Source of the DNA: Rubricoccaceae bacterium
Lineage (GTDB): Bacteria; Bacteroidota; Rhodothermia; Rhodothermales; Rubricoccaceae
DNA length: 64,000 nt
Assembly: GCA_963728345.1 (NCBI GenBank)
Contig: CAVSJM010000007.1
Coordinates: 81,155 to 145,154 of the forward strand
Direction of reading: 5' to 3'
Shown here: one piece after another, positions 35,514 to 47,222 of the stretch
Numbering within the stretch: position 1 is the first letter of the stretch
Layout of the letters: each line of letters starts with the position of its first letter
Notes under the pieces: model-generated
The model's database searches: none
Told to the model about the DNA's origin: nothing
The model's input: only the letters and a program-made list of their open reading frames with translations
Made by a program: the position numbers and the translations under genes

Positions 35514-38500
35514 CTAGTTCGAGAACAGGATCCGGAGGTTGACGCCGCCGTCGACGTTCGTGTTCGGGAATGCCGTCGTGCCCTTCGGGATCGACCGCTC
35601 GTAGCGGACGAAGAGGTCGGCCGTGACCTGGTTCGAGATCGTGTAGCTGATCTGAGGCGAGATCTGGATCCGCTGCGTGCTCTGGGAGGTGGGCTCGTCC
35701 AGCTCGGTGCCCTGGAGGAGGCGGAGGACGTCCTGCTGGAGCGTCCGGCGCGTCGTCTCGTCGTTGGCGACGAGGGCTGTGAGCGTGAACCGGATGTTGT
35801 TGTTGAGCCGGCGGAGGCCGAGCAGGCGGAGCCCCGTCTTGGCGTACGAGAAGTCGACGCGGACGTCGCCGACGTTCTTTTCGGAGAACTGGGCGGAGGC
35901 CGTCTGGAGGGAGTAGATGTGGCTCCGGTTGAGCGTGAGGCTCGTCTGGATGCCGCCCTTCAGGCCGAGGTTGACGCCGATGAGCGGCTGGAACCGCTCG
36001 CTCACCGTCAGGGCCGTGGCCTCGTCGAACGACTGGGCACCGTCGGCCGCCGCCGAGCGGAACACGAAGCCGCCCCCGAGCGGGTCCTGGACCTCCCGGG
36101 CGCTTCCCCCCAGGAACGTGGCGTACTCCGTCTGACTCGTGGACGAGTAGCCGTGCTGGAGCGTCACCTGCTGGGCGACGATGCGGACGAGCGGGAGCTT
36201 CTCCAGGCCCGAATACGTGACGTTCCAGTTGGGGAGGGGGAGGGCGAAGAGCCCGCTCGGGCCGAACCCGCCGGCGCCGCGAGCCAGCTCGGAGGCGAAA
36301 TCCTCCGCGAGCCCGGTCGGCGAGCCAAACTCGGAGTCGATCGTGCTGCCGGCTCCGGCGCCGGCCACGTCCTCACGGTAGCGGTCGGCGTGGCGCTGGA
36401 GGAGGCCCAGGTACGAGCCCCCGAACGAGAACACGGTGGAGGTGCCCGAGCCACGCCGGTTGGGGGTCGACTTGATCAGCTCGTTGCGGTCGTTGAGCCC
36501 GAACGTCACGTTCTCCGACTCCTGCCAGCCGGTCTTGAGGTTGAGCCCGATGTTGAGCCCCCGGAAGGGCTGCAGCGTCGTGCGCGCGTCGAGGTCGTGC
36601 TGCTCGCCGAGCAGGTCGCTGAAGGTGAGGTTGGCGGTCGGGTCGGCGATGCGCCGGTCGATGTCGAGGATGCGGTCGAAGCCGAGGCGGTAGCCGAGGG
36701 GCGGAGCGTCGCCCCAGAGCCCGGCGAAGAGGCTGTACGACTGGCCCCGGAGGCCGCCCGTCGAGGCCGTGAGGGACCCGTTGTACGTGAGGGTGATGTC
36801 GTCGATGCCGGTGGCGGCGAGGAACGCCCCGCGCACGAGCCGGAGCGGGTTGAAGCCGCCGCCCGTCGAGTCGGTCGCGGCTGCCTGGCGGGCGCCGCTG
36901 CGCCCGGAGCCGCTCCGGCCGGCGGCCTCCTCCATCTTGCGGTAGAACGGGAAGAGGCGCCAGAACTCGCGCGGCGCGATCGCGAGGCCGGTCCGGATCT
37001 GCGAGCGCGTGCCCGTGCTCGCCACCTCCAGCTCCGGGGAGGTCGGGATGGGCTGGTCGGTCCAGTTGTAGTTGGCCGAGTAGCTAACACGCTGGGGGCG
37101 GATCCACGAGAGCCACTTGAGGCGCCGGGTGCTCACCGTCAGCGCGCTCGTGAGCGACTGGCTGTAGCTCTTGGTGCGGACGCCGCCCGAGAACACGTTG
37201 CCGAGCGCCTCGCCGATCGGGAGCACCTCCAGCTGCGAGCCCGAGCCGCCCAGGATCTCCACGCGTTGGCTCGGAAACGGGTCGCCGGGGTTGATGAGGC
37301 CGGCGGCGGCGAGGTCGGCCAGCACCTCGTCGTTGGAGCGGGCCTCCGCGGCGGAGAGCGCGTAGGTCTTCGAGAAGCTCCCGTCGGTGCCCCGCACGAG
37401 CACCTGGAACGACTCGTCCTGGCCCGCCGCCCCGAGGTCCTGCGAGACGTTCGAGGCGTAGGTCAAGTTGAGGAACGAGAGCGGGTTGTAGGCGACGTCG
37501 ATCTGACGGCCGTGGTCGAACTGCTGCGTCCGGCGCGTGAGCGAGCGGAACTCGCGGACCTCGGCCGGCTCGCTCAGGTACTCCGGTGCGAGGCGCTGGC
37601 GTGTGGCCGAGACGCGTCGGGCGGCGTCGGCCGAGAGCGTGAGCCGCTGCGGGAGCACGTTCAGCCGGAGTCCCCCCACCACGCTCCCGAGCACCGGCAC
37701 GCCCCCCGTGAACCAGAACGGCCGGATCGTCAGCGGGCGCGGCACGCTCACGCGGTACGACAGGTTCGTCGTCCACGAATCGCTGGCGGTGAGGCTGTTC
37801 GAGGGCGAGCTGCCGTCCTGGTTCGAGAGCGTGTAGCTGGCGGCGAGCCCGTCGATCGTGTACTTCAGCCACGGCGAGCGGCTGTTCGACTTGGAGACGG
37901 CCACGCGGACGTTGCGCGAGCTGGAGATCGTCTGGGCACGCTCCAGGATGGCGTCGGCCGTGAGCGCGTCGGCCACGGCGCCGCCCTCGCCCGCGTCGAG
38001 GGCGCCGGCCTCGGCGTCGTCGATGAGGTCCTGGAGGCGGACGTCACCGTTGTCCGGGTCGTAGCGCGGCGTCGAGGTGTTCTCGGTGAGCGAGACGCTG
38101 ATCGGGATGTTCCACCCGAACCGCTCCGGGAGCAGCTTGTGCGCGGCCAACGACGACGTGAGCGTGAACGCCGAGAGCGAGGCGAAGCTGCGCCCGCCGA
38201 GCGCGCCGCCCAGCTCGCCGAACCCGTCCTGCTGGAAGCTCATCCGGGCGTTGACCGTCGCGAGGTCGGCCAGGGCCACGTTCGCCGTGAGGAACCCGCT
38301 GGCGCCGCCGCCCTCGTCGTAGCCCGTCACGCGGAGCTCGTTGAACCACACGCTGACGGTGTCGATGGGGACCGGGTCGCCCGAGGGCCCGTTCCGCACG
38401 CCGAGCACGATCGTCCGGACATCCTGGATCGAGGGCTGGCCGCGGACGGAGATCCGGGCGCCGGCCGGGGCCGCCTCTGGCGTGCCGTCCAGGGTGAACC

Positions 38501-41500
38501 GCTCGCTGGGCGCCACCTCGGCCTGGTCGCGCGCCAGCTTGGCCCGGTTCAGTTCCGAGAGGACGATGTTGATCGGGTTGAGGTCCTCAAAGGTCGGCCC
38601 TACGTTCGTCTGCCAGAGACTGTCCGATCGGGTGCAGTTCGAGGGCTGGTCGATGGGGCAGTCCGGGAGCGTGGCGAGGTCCTTGGGATGGAACGGGTAG
38701 ACCGGCTGCTCGAACTCGTAGTAATCCTCGGTCTCGTTGTCGCCGAGGCGGACGAATACGCGGACCGAGTCGGACCGCTCGAAGCCGTGCCCGTGGACGG
38801 CCATCCGCACGTTCGAGTACTTGGTGAGGTCGAGCGGGCGCGTGGCGTACGACCGGATGATGCCGGCGCGGCGCCCCTCGGCCAGCCCCTCGGCGCGGAA
38901 GACGAGGGCCTGCTCGCGCGTGGCCCGGATCTGCCCGCCGATGGAGCGGGCCGTGTTCTGGACGGTCCCGCGCGGGAGCGCGTAGATCGCGTCGTTCTCC
39001 TCGTTGTTGATCGACTCGATGAAGAGCGACGGGGCGTCGGCCGTGCCGCCGGAGGCGGCCGGGTCGTCGTCGCCCCCCTCGTCGTCGAACCCGACCACGT
39101 CCGACTTGAGCCACTGGCTGCCGACGAGCTCGAGCGAGGCGAACCGGAGCGTGGCCGGCTGCTCGTGCCCGGTCGTCCACATCCGGACCGTCTCGATCCG
39201 CGAGAAGTCGTCGTCGGCCAGCCCCTTCGACGTCTTCAGCGAAGTGCGGACGGGGATGCGGAGGAGGTACCACGTCTGCGGCTGGCCGGACTCGCTGGGC
39301 ACGTCGAGCGTGTTCTGGAAGAACGGGCTCGCCTTCAGGCCGGTCTCGTCGAGCGGGATCGTGTAGCGGTGGTAGCTCTCCGTCACGTCGGTCCGCCCGT
39401 TCCCGTTGATGTCCTCGTCATTGGGGATCGTGGAGACGCCGCGCTCGCTGCCGCTGATCTCCTGCCCGGCGATGGCCGAGTTCAGCTCGGAGGCCGGGAG
39501 GTACTGGCCGTAGCGCTCCTGGACGGTGGCGCCGCCGGGGTAGCGCGCGGTGTCGTTGTAGCTCTCGTCCCGGTAGTAGATGTAGTCGTCGCCGGCCGGG
39601 TCGAGGGCGGCGCGGAGCTGCTCCGCGCTCCCTACGGGGAGGGTGTTGAGGAAGGCGCCGAAGTGCTCGACCTCGCTCAGCGGGTAGTTCTCGCCGTTGC
39701 TCGCCACGAGCGTCGTCCGGGACGGGAGCCCGTCGAGGCCGAGGTCCTCCGTCCGGCCCGTGTCCTCGAAGAAGTCCACGACGCCGTTGGTCTGGCCGGA
39801 CGGGCGGCGGCCCCACCCGTCCAGGCTGGACTCGTCGCGGGGCCGGTTCGCGATCCCGTCCTCGCTGTTGGGGAAGTTGTTCGGGAGGACGTCCTCATTG
39901 AGCTGGCCGAGGTCGACGTAGAGGACGGCCCCGTCGTTGACGGGCTGGGTGCCGTCCTTGCCGCCGAGCGGGGCGAACAGCATCTCGATGAACTCGATGT
40001 TGTTCTGGCCCTCGAAGTCGGAGTAGGAGGCGTCGATGGGCCGGATGAAGCCGCCCCACGCGTCGCGCGGGTCCTGGGCGTACTCCGTGGAGAGGGAGCC
40101 GTTGAAGTTGTACGGCCCGCGCCGCGTCGGGTCGAAGTAGAGGTCGAGGAGGCCGAGCGGCGTGTTGGCCTCGCGGCTGTCGAGGAACTCGCGCTCGGGG
40201 AACAGCTCGCGCGGCGTGATCGGCTCCGTCGCGCGGGTGAGCAGGCCCGCGTTGCTGTACTCGCGGTACGAGGTCTCCGAGATGGAGTACCAGGTGAACA
40301 GGCCGCGCCAGTTCCCCTTGAGGCGCGTGTCCGTGATGTTGGGGGCCTCGGGGGTCCCGTCGAGCCCGTATGCCCCGCCGATCTCCGACCCCGGCGGGCC
40401 AGCGCTGTCGGGGGCCGCCGCGATCCGCCATCCGCCCGTCGTCTCGAGCGCGGTGTAGGCGTTCTCGCTGCCCTCGAAGTCGTCGATGTAGCTGACGCCG
40501 TTGAGCTCGTCCTCGGCGAAGTCGAGCCCGCCGGGGATGCTCGCGTCGCGGAGCGCCTGGCGGGCCCGGTCGAAGGCGAACGTCTGCGGGTGGCCCGGCG
40601 TGAGGCGCGCGAACTCGCCCCGGATCTCGATGCGCGAGGGCGCCCGGGTCTGGACGAGCGGGAGCGCGTCGAGGGCGCGCGTGAGCCACCGCGGCTCGGC
40701 GAGGTACGACCCGTCGAACCCGAGGATCGAGTTGTTCAGGGGTTCCTCGCCCACGCGGAACTTGTCGCCCAGGGGCCGCTCGGCGAGCTGCATCCACGTC
40801 GCCCCCAGGTTGAAGTCCTCGTCGAGCCGGTAGTCGGCGCGGAGGCCGAGGAGCGTCTTCGAGCCGACCGAGAAGAACTTCTGCTGCTCCACCTCCACGC
40901 GGACCTGCTTGCCCTCCTGGAGGTAGAGCGGGTTGATGATCTCGACGGTCCCGGCCGTGTAGTTCACCCGGAAGTCGGCGCCCTCGGTCAGCTCGCGCCC
41001 GTCGGAGCTGACGCGGACGGTCCCCTCGACGAGGTTGAACCCGAGGTTGAAGGTGGACTGGCTCTGGCTGGAGAACTCGCCCTCCAGCCGCCACTTGCTG
41101 AACTCGCCGAGCCGGGACCGCGCCCGGTCCTTCGGGAGCTCGTAGAGCCCCTCGCCCTCGGCCGTCGTGGGCGAGTACTGCTCCTGGGCCTGGGCCAGCG
41201 AGAGGGCCCCGAGCGACACCTCCACGGCCTGGTTGCTCACGGTGGAGCCCGAGGCGAGCAGCTCGCGGACGTAGTCGCCGAAGGGCTGGCGGACGGGGAA
41301 CAGGATCCGCCCGTTCTCGCGGTCGACGGTGATCTGCGACTGGAAGTCGAAGGCGTTGTCCGGGACGGCCGTGCCCTGGAGGTTGACGCGGTCGAGCCCG
41401 AGGATCTGCATGAACGTCCGCTGCTCGAACGACACGTCGCGCGGCTCAGTGGACGGCGTGGCCCCGGACGGCTCGAACCGGATGTCGAACGCGAAGTTGT

Positions 41501-43352
41501 TCGGATCGAGGCTCCGCCCGCCGACGCGGTAGATGTTGCGGAGCGTGAGGTCCCAGAGCGGGTCCGAGGCGATGGGGCGGTCCGAGCGGAGGAGCTTGAG
41601 GATGGTCCGCCCGCCCGTCTGGGCGTCGCTCTGGACAGGGTTGTTGTAGTCGCCGACGGTGACGACGCGGGATCCCTGCGGCCCCTGGACACGGTACTGG
41701 TAGGCGACGGCGAGCTGGTCGTTCTCCGTCAGCGACGAGGTCAGCGATAGGTACCCGAGCGTGGGGTCGAACGTGTAGTCGACGTTGGCGCGGAGCTTTC
41801 GGAACTTGTTGTTCGAGAAGGCCCGGGCGGGGAGCTTCTGGTCCGTGTTGTCGGAGCCGACGAGCGTCTCGCGGGAGGCCGCATTGCCGCCCGGGTTCTG
41901 GCGGACCGTCTGGAGCGCGTCGTTCGAGTACTGGTCACGCTCGGGGTCCGGGAGCGGGGCCTCCGCGTTTTCGTACCGGAACGTGGCGGGGTCGTAGTCG
42001 CCGAGGTAGGCCTCGCCGCCGTCGAGCACGCTGTACCCGGTGTAGCCGGGGCTGCCAGGCGTGGGCTCCCCGAGGTCGGCCAGGGCCACGGCCCAGGTCG
42101 TGTTTGCGTCGGCGGGGGCCTGGTTCAGGCTGGGCTCGTGTTTCCATACCTCGATCCCGATGAACTCGACGAAGCCCGGCGGGGGCGTGAGCGTGCCGGG
42201 CCGGACGTGGGCCTCGTCGTACCAGTTGTGGAAGGCGTAGCCGAGGAAGAAGTGGGTGTTGTCCTCGTAGTCGTACGGGGCGAGGCGGAACGTCTGCGAG
42301 TCGGTGCCGCCCTCGAACACCTTGGCCACGGTCTGGGCGTCCTGCTGGGAGGCGACGGCCGTGAGCGCGAGCGGGCCGAACTGGAGGTCGGTGCGGAGGC
42401 CGAACAGCCGCTGGCCGCCCCGGATGAGCGTGGCCGGCGTCTGGAGGAACACGTTGCCCGCCTCGATCCGCTGGATGATGTCGTCCTCGTAGCCGGTGTA
42501 GACGAGGGACACCTGGTTCTCGAAGTCGAACTGGCTCTGCGTGTCGTAGTTGACGTTGATGGCCAGCTTGTCGCCGATCGTGCCGGCCACGTTGAGGTTG
42601 AGCTCCTGGCCGAAGTCGGGCGCGAACGAGCCGTCGCGGCCGGAGATGGCGGACGACAGGTCGTTCTGGTTGTAACGCATCCCGAGGTTCACGTTCGACG
42701 TGCCGTTGACCGTGAGGGCCACCTCGTTCTTGCCGAAGATGGTGGAGAACGCGCTCTGGTCGCCGCCCGGGATGTCGACGGCAAACCCGAACCCGTTGCG
42801 CCGCTGTTGCCGCTCGGTCCGTCGCGCGACGAGCTCGCGGAACCCGGCCCCGAGCGCCTCTTGCCGGCGGGCAGCCAGGAACTCGTCGAGCGTGACGTCG
42901 GCCGGCGCCCGGACGTCGTCCTCGCCGACGACCTCACGGACGCGGTAGCGGTAGGCCGTCGTGTCGAGCGTCACCTCACGGCGCCAGTAGGTCCCGAGGC
43001 GGCCGCGGATGCCGGGCAGCCGGCGCGGCACGATCGCCGCGTCCGAGCCCGTCCGGACCGGCCGGGGGAAGTACGTCCGCGCGCGGCGCGTCGAGTCGAC
43101 GGCGGCCGAGTCGGTGTCGGTCGTGTCTGTCTCCGTGGTGTCGGTGTCCAGGGAGTCGAGCGAGAGGGTCCTCGGGAGGTCGATCGCGACGGAGTCCGTG
43201 TCGGCCGGCGCCGTCAGCCGGGGCGAACGGAAGGAGCCGGGGCCGGCCTCCACGTCGTCCGCGCACAGGAGGAGCACGGCGCCCAGGAGCACGAGGCCCA
43301 GCGGGAGGGCGAGGCGGCGGAACGGGGCGGACGGTCGATTCGGCGCGCGCAA
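35514..43352 (-). CDS. sprA: Type IX secretion translocon SprA (Sov)
   Basis: 2612 aa, TTG start. [65 protein letters not shown], and a long beta-barrel C-terminus. Confidence 0.95.
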   Translation of the reverse strand: MRAPNRPSAPFRRLALPLGLVLLGAVLLLCADDVEAGPGSFRSPRLTAPADTDSVAIDLPRTLSLDSLDTDTTETDTTDTDSAAVDSTRRARTYFPRPVRTGSDAAIVPRRLPGIRGRLGTYWRREVTLDTTAYRYRVREVVGEDDVRAPADVTLDEFLAARRQEALGAGFRELVARRTERQQRRNGFGFAVDIPGGDQSAFSTIFGKNEVALTVNGTSNVNLGMRYNQNDLSSAISGRDGSFAPDFGQELNLNVAGTIGDKLAINVNYDTQSQFDFENQVSLVYTGYEDDIIQRIEAGNVFLQTPATLIRGGQRLFGLRTDLQFGPLALTAVASQQDAQTVAKVFEGGTDSQTFRLAPYDYEDNTHFFLGYAFHNWYDEAHVRPGTLTPPPGFVEFIGIEVWKHEPSLNQAPADANTTWAVALADLGEPTPGSPGYTGYSVLDGGEAYLGDYDPATFRYENAEAPLPDPERDQYSNDALQTVRQNPGGNAASRETLVGSDNTDQKLPARAFSNNKFRKLRANVDYTFDPTLGYLSLTSSLTENDQLAVAYQYRVQGPQGSRVVTVGDYNNPVQSDAQTGGRTILKLLRSDRPIASDPLWDLTLRNIYRVGGRSLDPNNFAFDIRFEPSGATPSTEPRDVSFEQRTFMQILGLDRVNLQGTAVPDNAFDFQSQITVDRENGRILFPVRQPFGDYVRELLASGSTVSNQAVEVSLGALSLAQAQEQYSPTTAEGEGLYELPKDRARSRLGEFSKWRLEGEFSSQSQSTFNLGFNLVEGTVRVSSDGRELTEGADFRVNYTAGTVEIINPLYLQEGKQVRVEVEQQKFFSVGSKTLLGLRADYRLDEDFNLGATWMQLAERPLGDKFRVGEEPLNNSILGFDGSYLAEPRWLTRALDALPLVQTRAPSRIEIRGEFARLTPGHPQTFAFDRARQALRDASIPGGLDFAEDELNGVSYIDDFEGSENAYTALETTGGWRIAAAPDSAGPPGSEIGGAYGLDGTPEAPNITDTRLKGNWRGLFTWYSISETSYREYSNAGLLTRATEPITPRELFPEREFLDSREANTPLGLLDLYFDPTRRGPYNFNGSLSTEYAQDPRDAWGGFIRPIDASYSDFEGQNNIEFIEMLFAPLGGKDGTQPVNDGAVLYVDLGQLNEDVLPNNFPNSEDGIANRPRDESSLDGWGRRPSGQTNGVVDFFEDTGRTEDLGLDGLPSRTTLVASNGENYPLSEVEHFGAFLNTLPVGSAEQLRAALDPAGDDYIYYRDESYNDTARYPGGATVQERYGQYLPASELNSAIAGQEISGSERGVSTIPNDEDINGNGRTDVTESYHRYTIPLDETGLKASPFFQNTLDVPSESGQPQTWYLLRIPVRTSLKTSKGLADDDFSRIETVRMWTTGHEQPATLRFASLELVGSQWLKSDVVGFDDEGGDDDPAASGGTADAPSLFIESINNEENDAIYALPRGTVQNTARSIGGQIRATREQALVFRAEGLAEGRRAGIIRSYATRPLDLTKYSNVRMAVHGHGFERSDSVRVFVRLGDNETEDYYEFEQPVYPFHPKDLATLPDCPIDQPSNCTRSDSLWQTNVGPTFEDLNPINIVLSELNRAKLARDQAEVAPSERFTLDGTPEAAPAGARISVRGQPSIQDVRTIVLGVRNGPSGDPVPIDTVSVWFNELRVTGYDEGGGASGFLTANVALADLATVNARMSFQQDGFGELGGALGGRSFASLSAFTLTSSLAAHKLLPERFGWNIPISVSLTENTSTPRYDPDNGDVRLQDLIDDAEAGALDAGEGGAVADALTADAILERAQTISSSRNVRVAVSKSNSRSPWLKYTIDGLAASYTLSNQDGSSPSNSLTASDSWTTNLSYRVSVPRPLTIRPFWFTGGVPVLGSVVGGLRLNVLPQRLTLSADAARRVSATRQRLAPEYLSEPAEVREFRSLTRRTQQFDHGRQIDVAYNPLSFLNLTYASNVSQDLGAAGQDESFQVLVRGTDGSFSKTYALSAAEARSNDEVLADLAAAGLINPGDPFPSQRVEILGGSGSQLEVLPIGEALGNVFSGGVRTKSYSQSLTSALTVSTRRLKWLSWIRPQRVSYSANYNWTDQPIPTSPELEVASTGTRSQIRTGLAIAPREFWRLFPFYRKMEEAAGRSGSGRSGARQAAATDSTGGGFNPLRLVRGAFLAATGIDDITLTYNGSLTASTGGLRGQSYSLFAGLWGDAPPLGYRLGFDRILDIDRRIADPTANLTFSDLLGEQHDLDARTTLQPFRGLNIGLNLKTGWQESENVTFGLNDRNELIKSTPNRRGSGTSTVFSFGGSYLGLLQRHADRYREDVAGAGAGSTIDSEFGSPTGLAEDFASELARGAGGFGPSGLFALPLPNWNVTYSGLEKLPLVRIVAQQVTLQHGYSSTSQTEYATFLGGSAREVQDPLGGGFVFRSAAADGAQSFDEATALTVSERFQPLIGVNLGLKGGIQTSLTLNRSHIYSLQTASAQFSEKNVGDVRVDFSYAKTGLRLLGLRRLNNNIRFTLTALVANDETTRRTLQQDVLRLLQGTELDEPTSQSTQRIQISPQISYTISNQVTADLFVRYERSIPKGTTAFPNTNVDGGVNLRILFSN

Positions 43353-43660
43353 GGCGTCGGGGGCTGCTACGGGGCACGCCGGGGGGACGCCTCAGGGGGC
43401 TGGGCGGGCGTCACGGGGAGACGTGCAGGGAGTAGCGAACGCGTCGAATACGGGCGCGGGCCGGGTTAGGGGATGGGGCGCGACAGGCCCCACGGGGGTC
43501 CGAAGGAGCCGCTGGTCGGCGGGACGGCGAAACTACGGGGGCGGGGGCAGGCTGACAAGGGAGCTTCTGGGTGCCCAAGGGGCCCGAGGGCGTACGCGGG
43601 CCGATTCGACTGTCCGCACGCCGTGTGCGTAGTCTATCGGCCCTTTCTTCAACTCCGTCC

Positions 43661-44164
43661 ATGCCCCATCTCGTCTCTCCCGGCCGGTTGGTGGCGACCG
43701 CACTCGTGGTGCTCGTCGCTCTCGCCGGCTGCCGGACGTCTCAGCCGGTGGCCCCCGCCGCGCCGGACGTGACGGACCCGGCGGCGGTCCGGGCCGGGGT
43801 CCTCGCCACGCTTGACGCCCAGGTGGCGGCGTGGAATGCGGGCTCGGTGCGGGGCTTCATGGCAGGCTACGCGGAGACCGACACGCTCACCTTTCTCTCC
43901 GGTGGGACGGTCCGACGGGGGTGGGAGGCGGCCCTCAGCGGGTACCTCCGCAGCTACCCCGACGCCGCGGCGATGGGGACCCTCTCGTTCTCCGACCTCA
44001 CGGTCCACCCGATCACGGACCGCCGTGCGCTCGTGTGGGGGCGGTGGCGGCTCCAGCGTGCGGGCGACGCCGCGGGGGCCGGGCCCGGCGGCCTCTTCAC
44101 GCTCCTGTTCGCCCGGACCCCCGGTGGCTGGCGTGTCGTCCACGATCACACGTCCTCCGAGTAA
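43661..44164 (+). CDS. NTF2-like/DUF4440 (YybH) lipoprotein
   Basis: Lipobox ALAGC, QVAAWNAGSVRGFMAGY, MGTLSFSDL, GLFTLLF, WRVVHDHTS. Confidence 0.85.
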   Translation: MPHLVSPGRLVATALVVLVALAGCRTSQPVAPAAPDVTDPAAVRAGVLATLDAQVAAWNAGSVRGFMAGYAETDTLTFLSGGTVRRGWEAALSGYLRSYPDAAAMGTLSFSDLTVHPITDRRALVWGRWRLQRAGDAAGAGPGGLFTLLFARTPGGWRVVHDHTSSE

Positions 44165-44268
44165 CCCGGCGCGACGTCCCCGTTCCTCGGCCCGCGGTGG
44201 CCGCGCTCTCCGGTGGGGGAGTGCCCGACCAACGACACCTCTCTGACTTTCCACTTCTCCGGCTCACG

Positions 44269-44955
44269 ATGGCTTCTGATCCGAACGCTCCTTCCCTCAC
44301 CGGCCGCGTCGTGGTCGTCACTGGCGCTGCTGGGCGCCTCGGCCGCATCGTGGCCGAGCAACTCGCGGCGGCGGGGGCCCGCGTGGTCGGGCTCGACCGC
44401 GACGCGCATGACATCGGCGACCTCGCCCTCACCGCCGACACCGTGGACGAGGCGGCGACGGAGCGCGCGTTCGATCGGGTCGTGGAGGAGGTGGGGGTGC
44501 CCCATGCCGTCGTCCACACCGTCGGGATGTGGGACGGGATGCCGCTCGCGGAGACCTCGCTGGAGACGTGGCGGACCGTCCTCGACGTGAACCTGACGAG
44601 CACCTTTCTCGTGTTCCGGGCCGCGATCCGCCGGATGCAGCGGGCGGGCGGGATGGGGCGGCTCGTGGGGATCGCCTCGGGGCAGGGAGCCGACAAGGGG
44701 GTGGCCGAGCAGGCGGCGTACTCCGCCGCGAAGGCCGGCGTCGTCCGGCTCGTCGAGGCCGTCGCCGCCGAGTTCCGCGACGCGGAGATCACCGCGGCGG
44801 CCGTCGCCCCGTCGATGATCCTGTTCGGCGACGAAGCGCCGGGCACACGGGGTGTGGAGGCGGCGGAAGTGGCCCGGCTCTGCGTCACGCTGTGCGGCCC
44901 GGCCGGGACCGTCCACAACGGCTCGGTGATGCGAGCCTACGGCTCGATGCGGTAG
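44269..44955 (+). CDS. Short-chain dehydrogenase/reductase
   Basis: VVVTGAAGRLG, VNLTSTF, YxxxK motif YSAAK. Start at ATG 44269. Confidence 0.88.
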   Translation: MASDPNAPSLTGRVVVVTGAAGRLGRIVAEQLAAAGARVVGLDRDAHDIGDLALTADTVDEAATERAFDRVVEEVGVPHAVVHTVGMWDGMPLAETSLETWRTVLDVNLTSTFLVFRAAIRRMQRAGGMGRLVGIASGQGADKGVAEQAAYSAAKAGVVRLVEAVAAEFRDAEITAAAVAPSMILFGDEAPGTRGVEAAEVARLCVTLCGPAGTVHNGSVMRAYGSMR

Positions 44956-44998
44956 CCGCCGAGCGGGCGCCGTCGCAGGGCGGCTCCGGCAGGCCGGG

Positions 44999-45772
44999 CT
45001 ACCGAGCCGGCGCCTCCTCGGCCGCGTCGACGAGGCCCCAGCCGTACTCCAGGAGCGGGCGGACCTGCTCGGCCGTCTCGATCACGAGGTTGGCGAAGTC
45101 GGGCGACTGGACGGCCTCGTCGGGGATGTCCTCTCGCGTCGCGGCGAAGCCGCCGCGCCAGCGGAAGTAGTCGGCGGCCGGGTTGTCGCGGTGGTCCGTG
45201 AAGCCGCGCGGCATCCGGGTCATCTTGCTCCCCGAGGTGCTGATGGTGAGGCCGGCGGCCTCCAGGTCCTCGATGATCTGGAGGAACGGCTCGGGATCCG
45301 CCGCGAGGCGCTCGCGCCACTGGCGCATGAACGTCTTGTCCGGCCGCCAGAACCCGCCGCCGATCCGGTTCGAGCCGGGCTCGACGTGGACGTAGAGGGC
45401 CCCCGGCGCGCGCTTGTCACCGTCGCGGCTGAGGATGGCGGCGACGTGCGTCTTGTACGGCGTCTTGTCCTTGGAGAACCGGGTGTCGCGGTAGACCCGG
45501 AAGACGGCGCGGCGGGGGGTGCCGGAGAGCGGGATGCCGCGCGCGGGGAGCTCGCGGCTGAGCTGGGCGACGAGGCACTGCATCGGGTCGCGGAGCTCGT
45601 CGTTGTAGGCCTCCTTGCGAGGTGTGAACCAGTCCCGGCTGTTGTTCGACTTCAGATCGCGCAGGAAGTCGTAGGCGTCGGGCGTGAAGCCGGGGAACGG
45701 GGGGAGGACGTCGGGGGGAGGAGCGAGAGCAGGCAAATCAATACATGTGGTTGACTCCTCTACCCTACGCAC
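44999..45772 (-). CDS. DUF2461 (TIGR02453) family protein; start uncertain
   Basis: FLRDLKSNNSRDWF, FRVYRDTRFSKDKTPYKT, YVHVEP, GGGFW. Confidence 0.88.
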   Translation of the reverse strand: MRRVEESTTCIDLPALAPPPDVLPPFPGFTPDAYDFLRDLKSNNSRDWFTPRKEAYNDELRDPMQCLVAQLSRELPARGIPLSGTPRRAVFRVYRDTRFSKDKTPYKTHVAAILSRDGDKRAPGALYVHVEPGSNRIGGGFWRPDKTFMRQWRERLAADPEPFLQIIEDLEAAGLTISTSGSKMTRMPRGFTDHRDNPAADYFRWRGGFAATREDIPDEAVQSPDFANLVIETAEQVRPLLEYGWGLVDAAEEAPAR

Positions 45773-45907
45773 GGGGAGCGTCGGGGTCCCGGAGGATCGT
45801 GTGGAAAAGGCCCTTCACGGGGCGGCGGGCCGGCCCGGCAACTCCACGGAGACCTCCAGCGCCCGGAGGCGCACGCACTTCATCCGGTACGGTGTTCCGG
45901 GAAGGGG

Positions 45908-47101
45908 TCAGGCGGAGAGCTGTCGCGTGGCGAGGGCGGCGAGGAAGCCGGTGCCCGTGCGAAGGGCCTCCTCGTCGACCGTCATGCGGGGCGTGTGGAG
46001 GCCGTGCGTGCTGTGCGCGGCTTCGCTCCCGACGCCGAGGATGGAGAAGGCGCCCGGGATCTGATCGGTGTAGAAGGCGAAGTCCTCCGAGGCGTACCAC
46101 ATCGGAAGGTCCACCACCCGTCCCTCGCCGACGTAGGCCACGGCCGTCTCGCGCACGAGGGCGGCGGCGGCCTCATCGTTCCGAAGCACCGGGTAGCCGA
46201 CCACCACCTCCACGTCGCACGTCGCGCCGAAGGCCTCGGCCGTCTTCTCGGCCGTCCGGCGGATCAGGTCGTGCGCGCGGAAGCGCCACTCCTCGTCCAT
46301 CGACCGGAACGTGCCGGCCAGCGTCGCCTCATCGGGGATCACGTTCGTCGCGCCGAGGGCCTCCACGCGCCCGAACGAGAGGATGGAGGGGACGCCCGGC
46401 GGCCGGTTCCGCGCGACGATGGCCTGGAGCGCGGTCAGGACGTGCGCCTGCACCAGGACCGTGTCGACCAACTCCTCGGGCGAGGCGGCGTGGCCGCCCT
46501 GGCCCCGGACCGTCAGGTAGATCTCGTCGGCGCTCGCCATGAACGTGCCGCCCCGGATGCCGAGGGTGCCGGTCGGCAGGTGAGGGGCGACGTGCTGGCC
46601 GAAGATCCGCGCGGGCGCGTCGTGGCCGGCCATCGGGCCCAGCACGCCCTCCTCGATCATCACGCTCGCGCCGCCGGGCGCCTTCTCCTCGCTCGGCTGG
46701 AACACGAGCCGGACCGTCCCGGCGAGGTCGTCGCGGAGGGTGTGGAGGATGCGGGCGGCGCCGAGGAGCATGGCCGTGTGGGCGTCGTGGCCGCAGGCGT
46801 GCATCTGGCCGTCCGTCTCGCTCGCGAAGTCGAGCCCGGTGGCCTCGCGGATCGGGAGCGCGTCGATGTCGGCGCGGAGGGCGACGGTGGGGCCCGGCTG
46901 CGTGCCCTCGACGTGGGCCACGACGCCGGTCTTGGCGACGCCGGTCGTCGGGTCCAGGCCGATCTCGCGGAGCGTGGCCGCGATCAGGGCGGCCGTCTCG
47001 TGCTCCTCGAACGCCAGCTCCGGGCGGCGGTGAATCTGGCGACGGAGGCGGACGACCTCGGGGAAGGCGTCGTCGGCGAGGGAGTGGATGCGGTCGAGCA
47101 C
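45908..47101 (-). CDS. M20 family amidohydrolase (Acy1/HipO-like)
   Basis: PELAFEE, RADIDALP, HACGHDAH, FQPSEE, GGHAA, SEDF, LHTP. Start taken at GTG 47101 behind a C-rich leader; the ORF extends to 47134. Confidence 0.92.
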   Translation of the reverse strand: MLDRIHSLADDAFPEVVRLRRQIHRRPELAFEEHETAALIAATLREIGLDPTTGVAKTGVVAHVEGTQPGPTVALRADIDALPIREATGLDFASETDGQMHACGHDAHTAMLLGAARILHTLRDDLAGTVRLVFQPSEEKAPGGASVMIEEGVLGPMAGHDAPARIFGQHVAPHLPTGTLGIRGGTFMASADEIYLTVRGQGGHAASPEELVDTVLVQAHVLTALQAIVARNRPPGVPSILSFGRVEALGATNVIPDEATLAGTFRSMDEEWRFRAHDLIRRTAEKTAEAFGATCDVEVVVGYPVLRNDEAAAALVRETAVAYVGEGRVVDLPMWYASEDFAFYTDQIPGAFSILGVGSEAAHSTHGLHTPRMTVDEEALRTGTGFLAALATRQLSA

Positions 47102-47222
47102 GGGGGTGGGGGAAGGCGGACGGGCAGTGTACACGCTCCGTGTCTCGATGGGAGATCACGGAGGGGGAGAACACTGTTAGGTGACTCGCAGTTATCGGAA
47201 GCGCTTCCTCCTCTTCTTCGCC

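Noticed and set aside
35919-41750. 1943-aa + strand ORF opposite sprA (likewise 26406..28943, 46329..49334, 23535..25013)
   Set aside because: Codon-register shadows of real genes on the other strand, with no domain signatures.
45773-45907. Short minus-strand reading (LPGTPYRMKCVR...) reminiscent of a toxin fragment
   Set aside because: No start codon context, weak codon bias, and too short to support.
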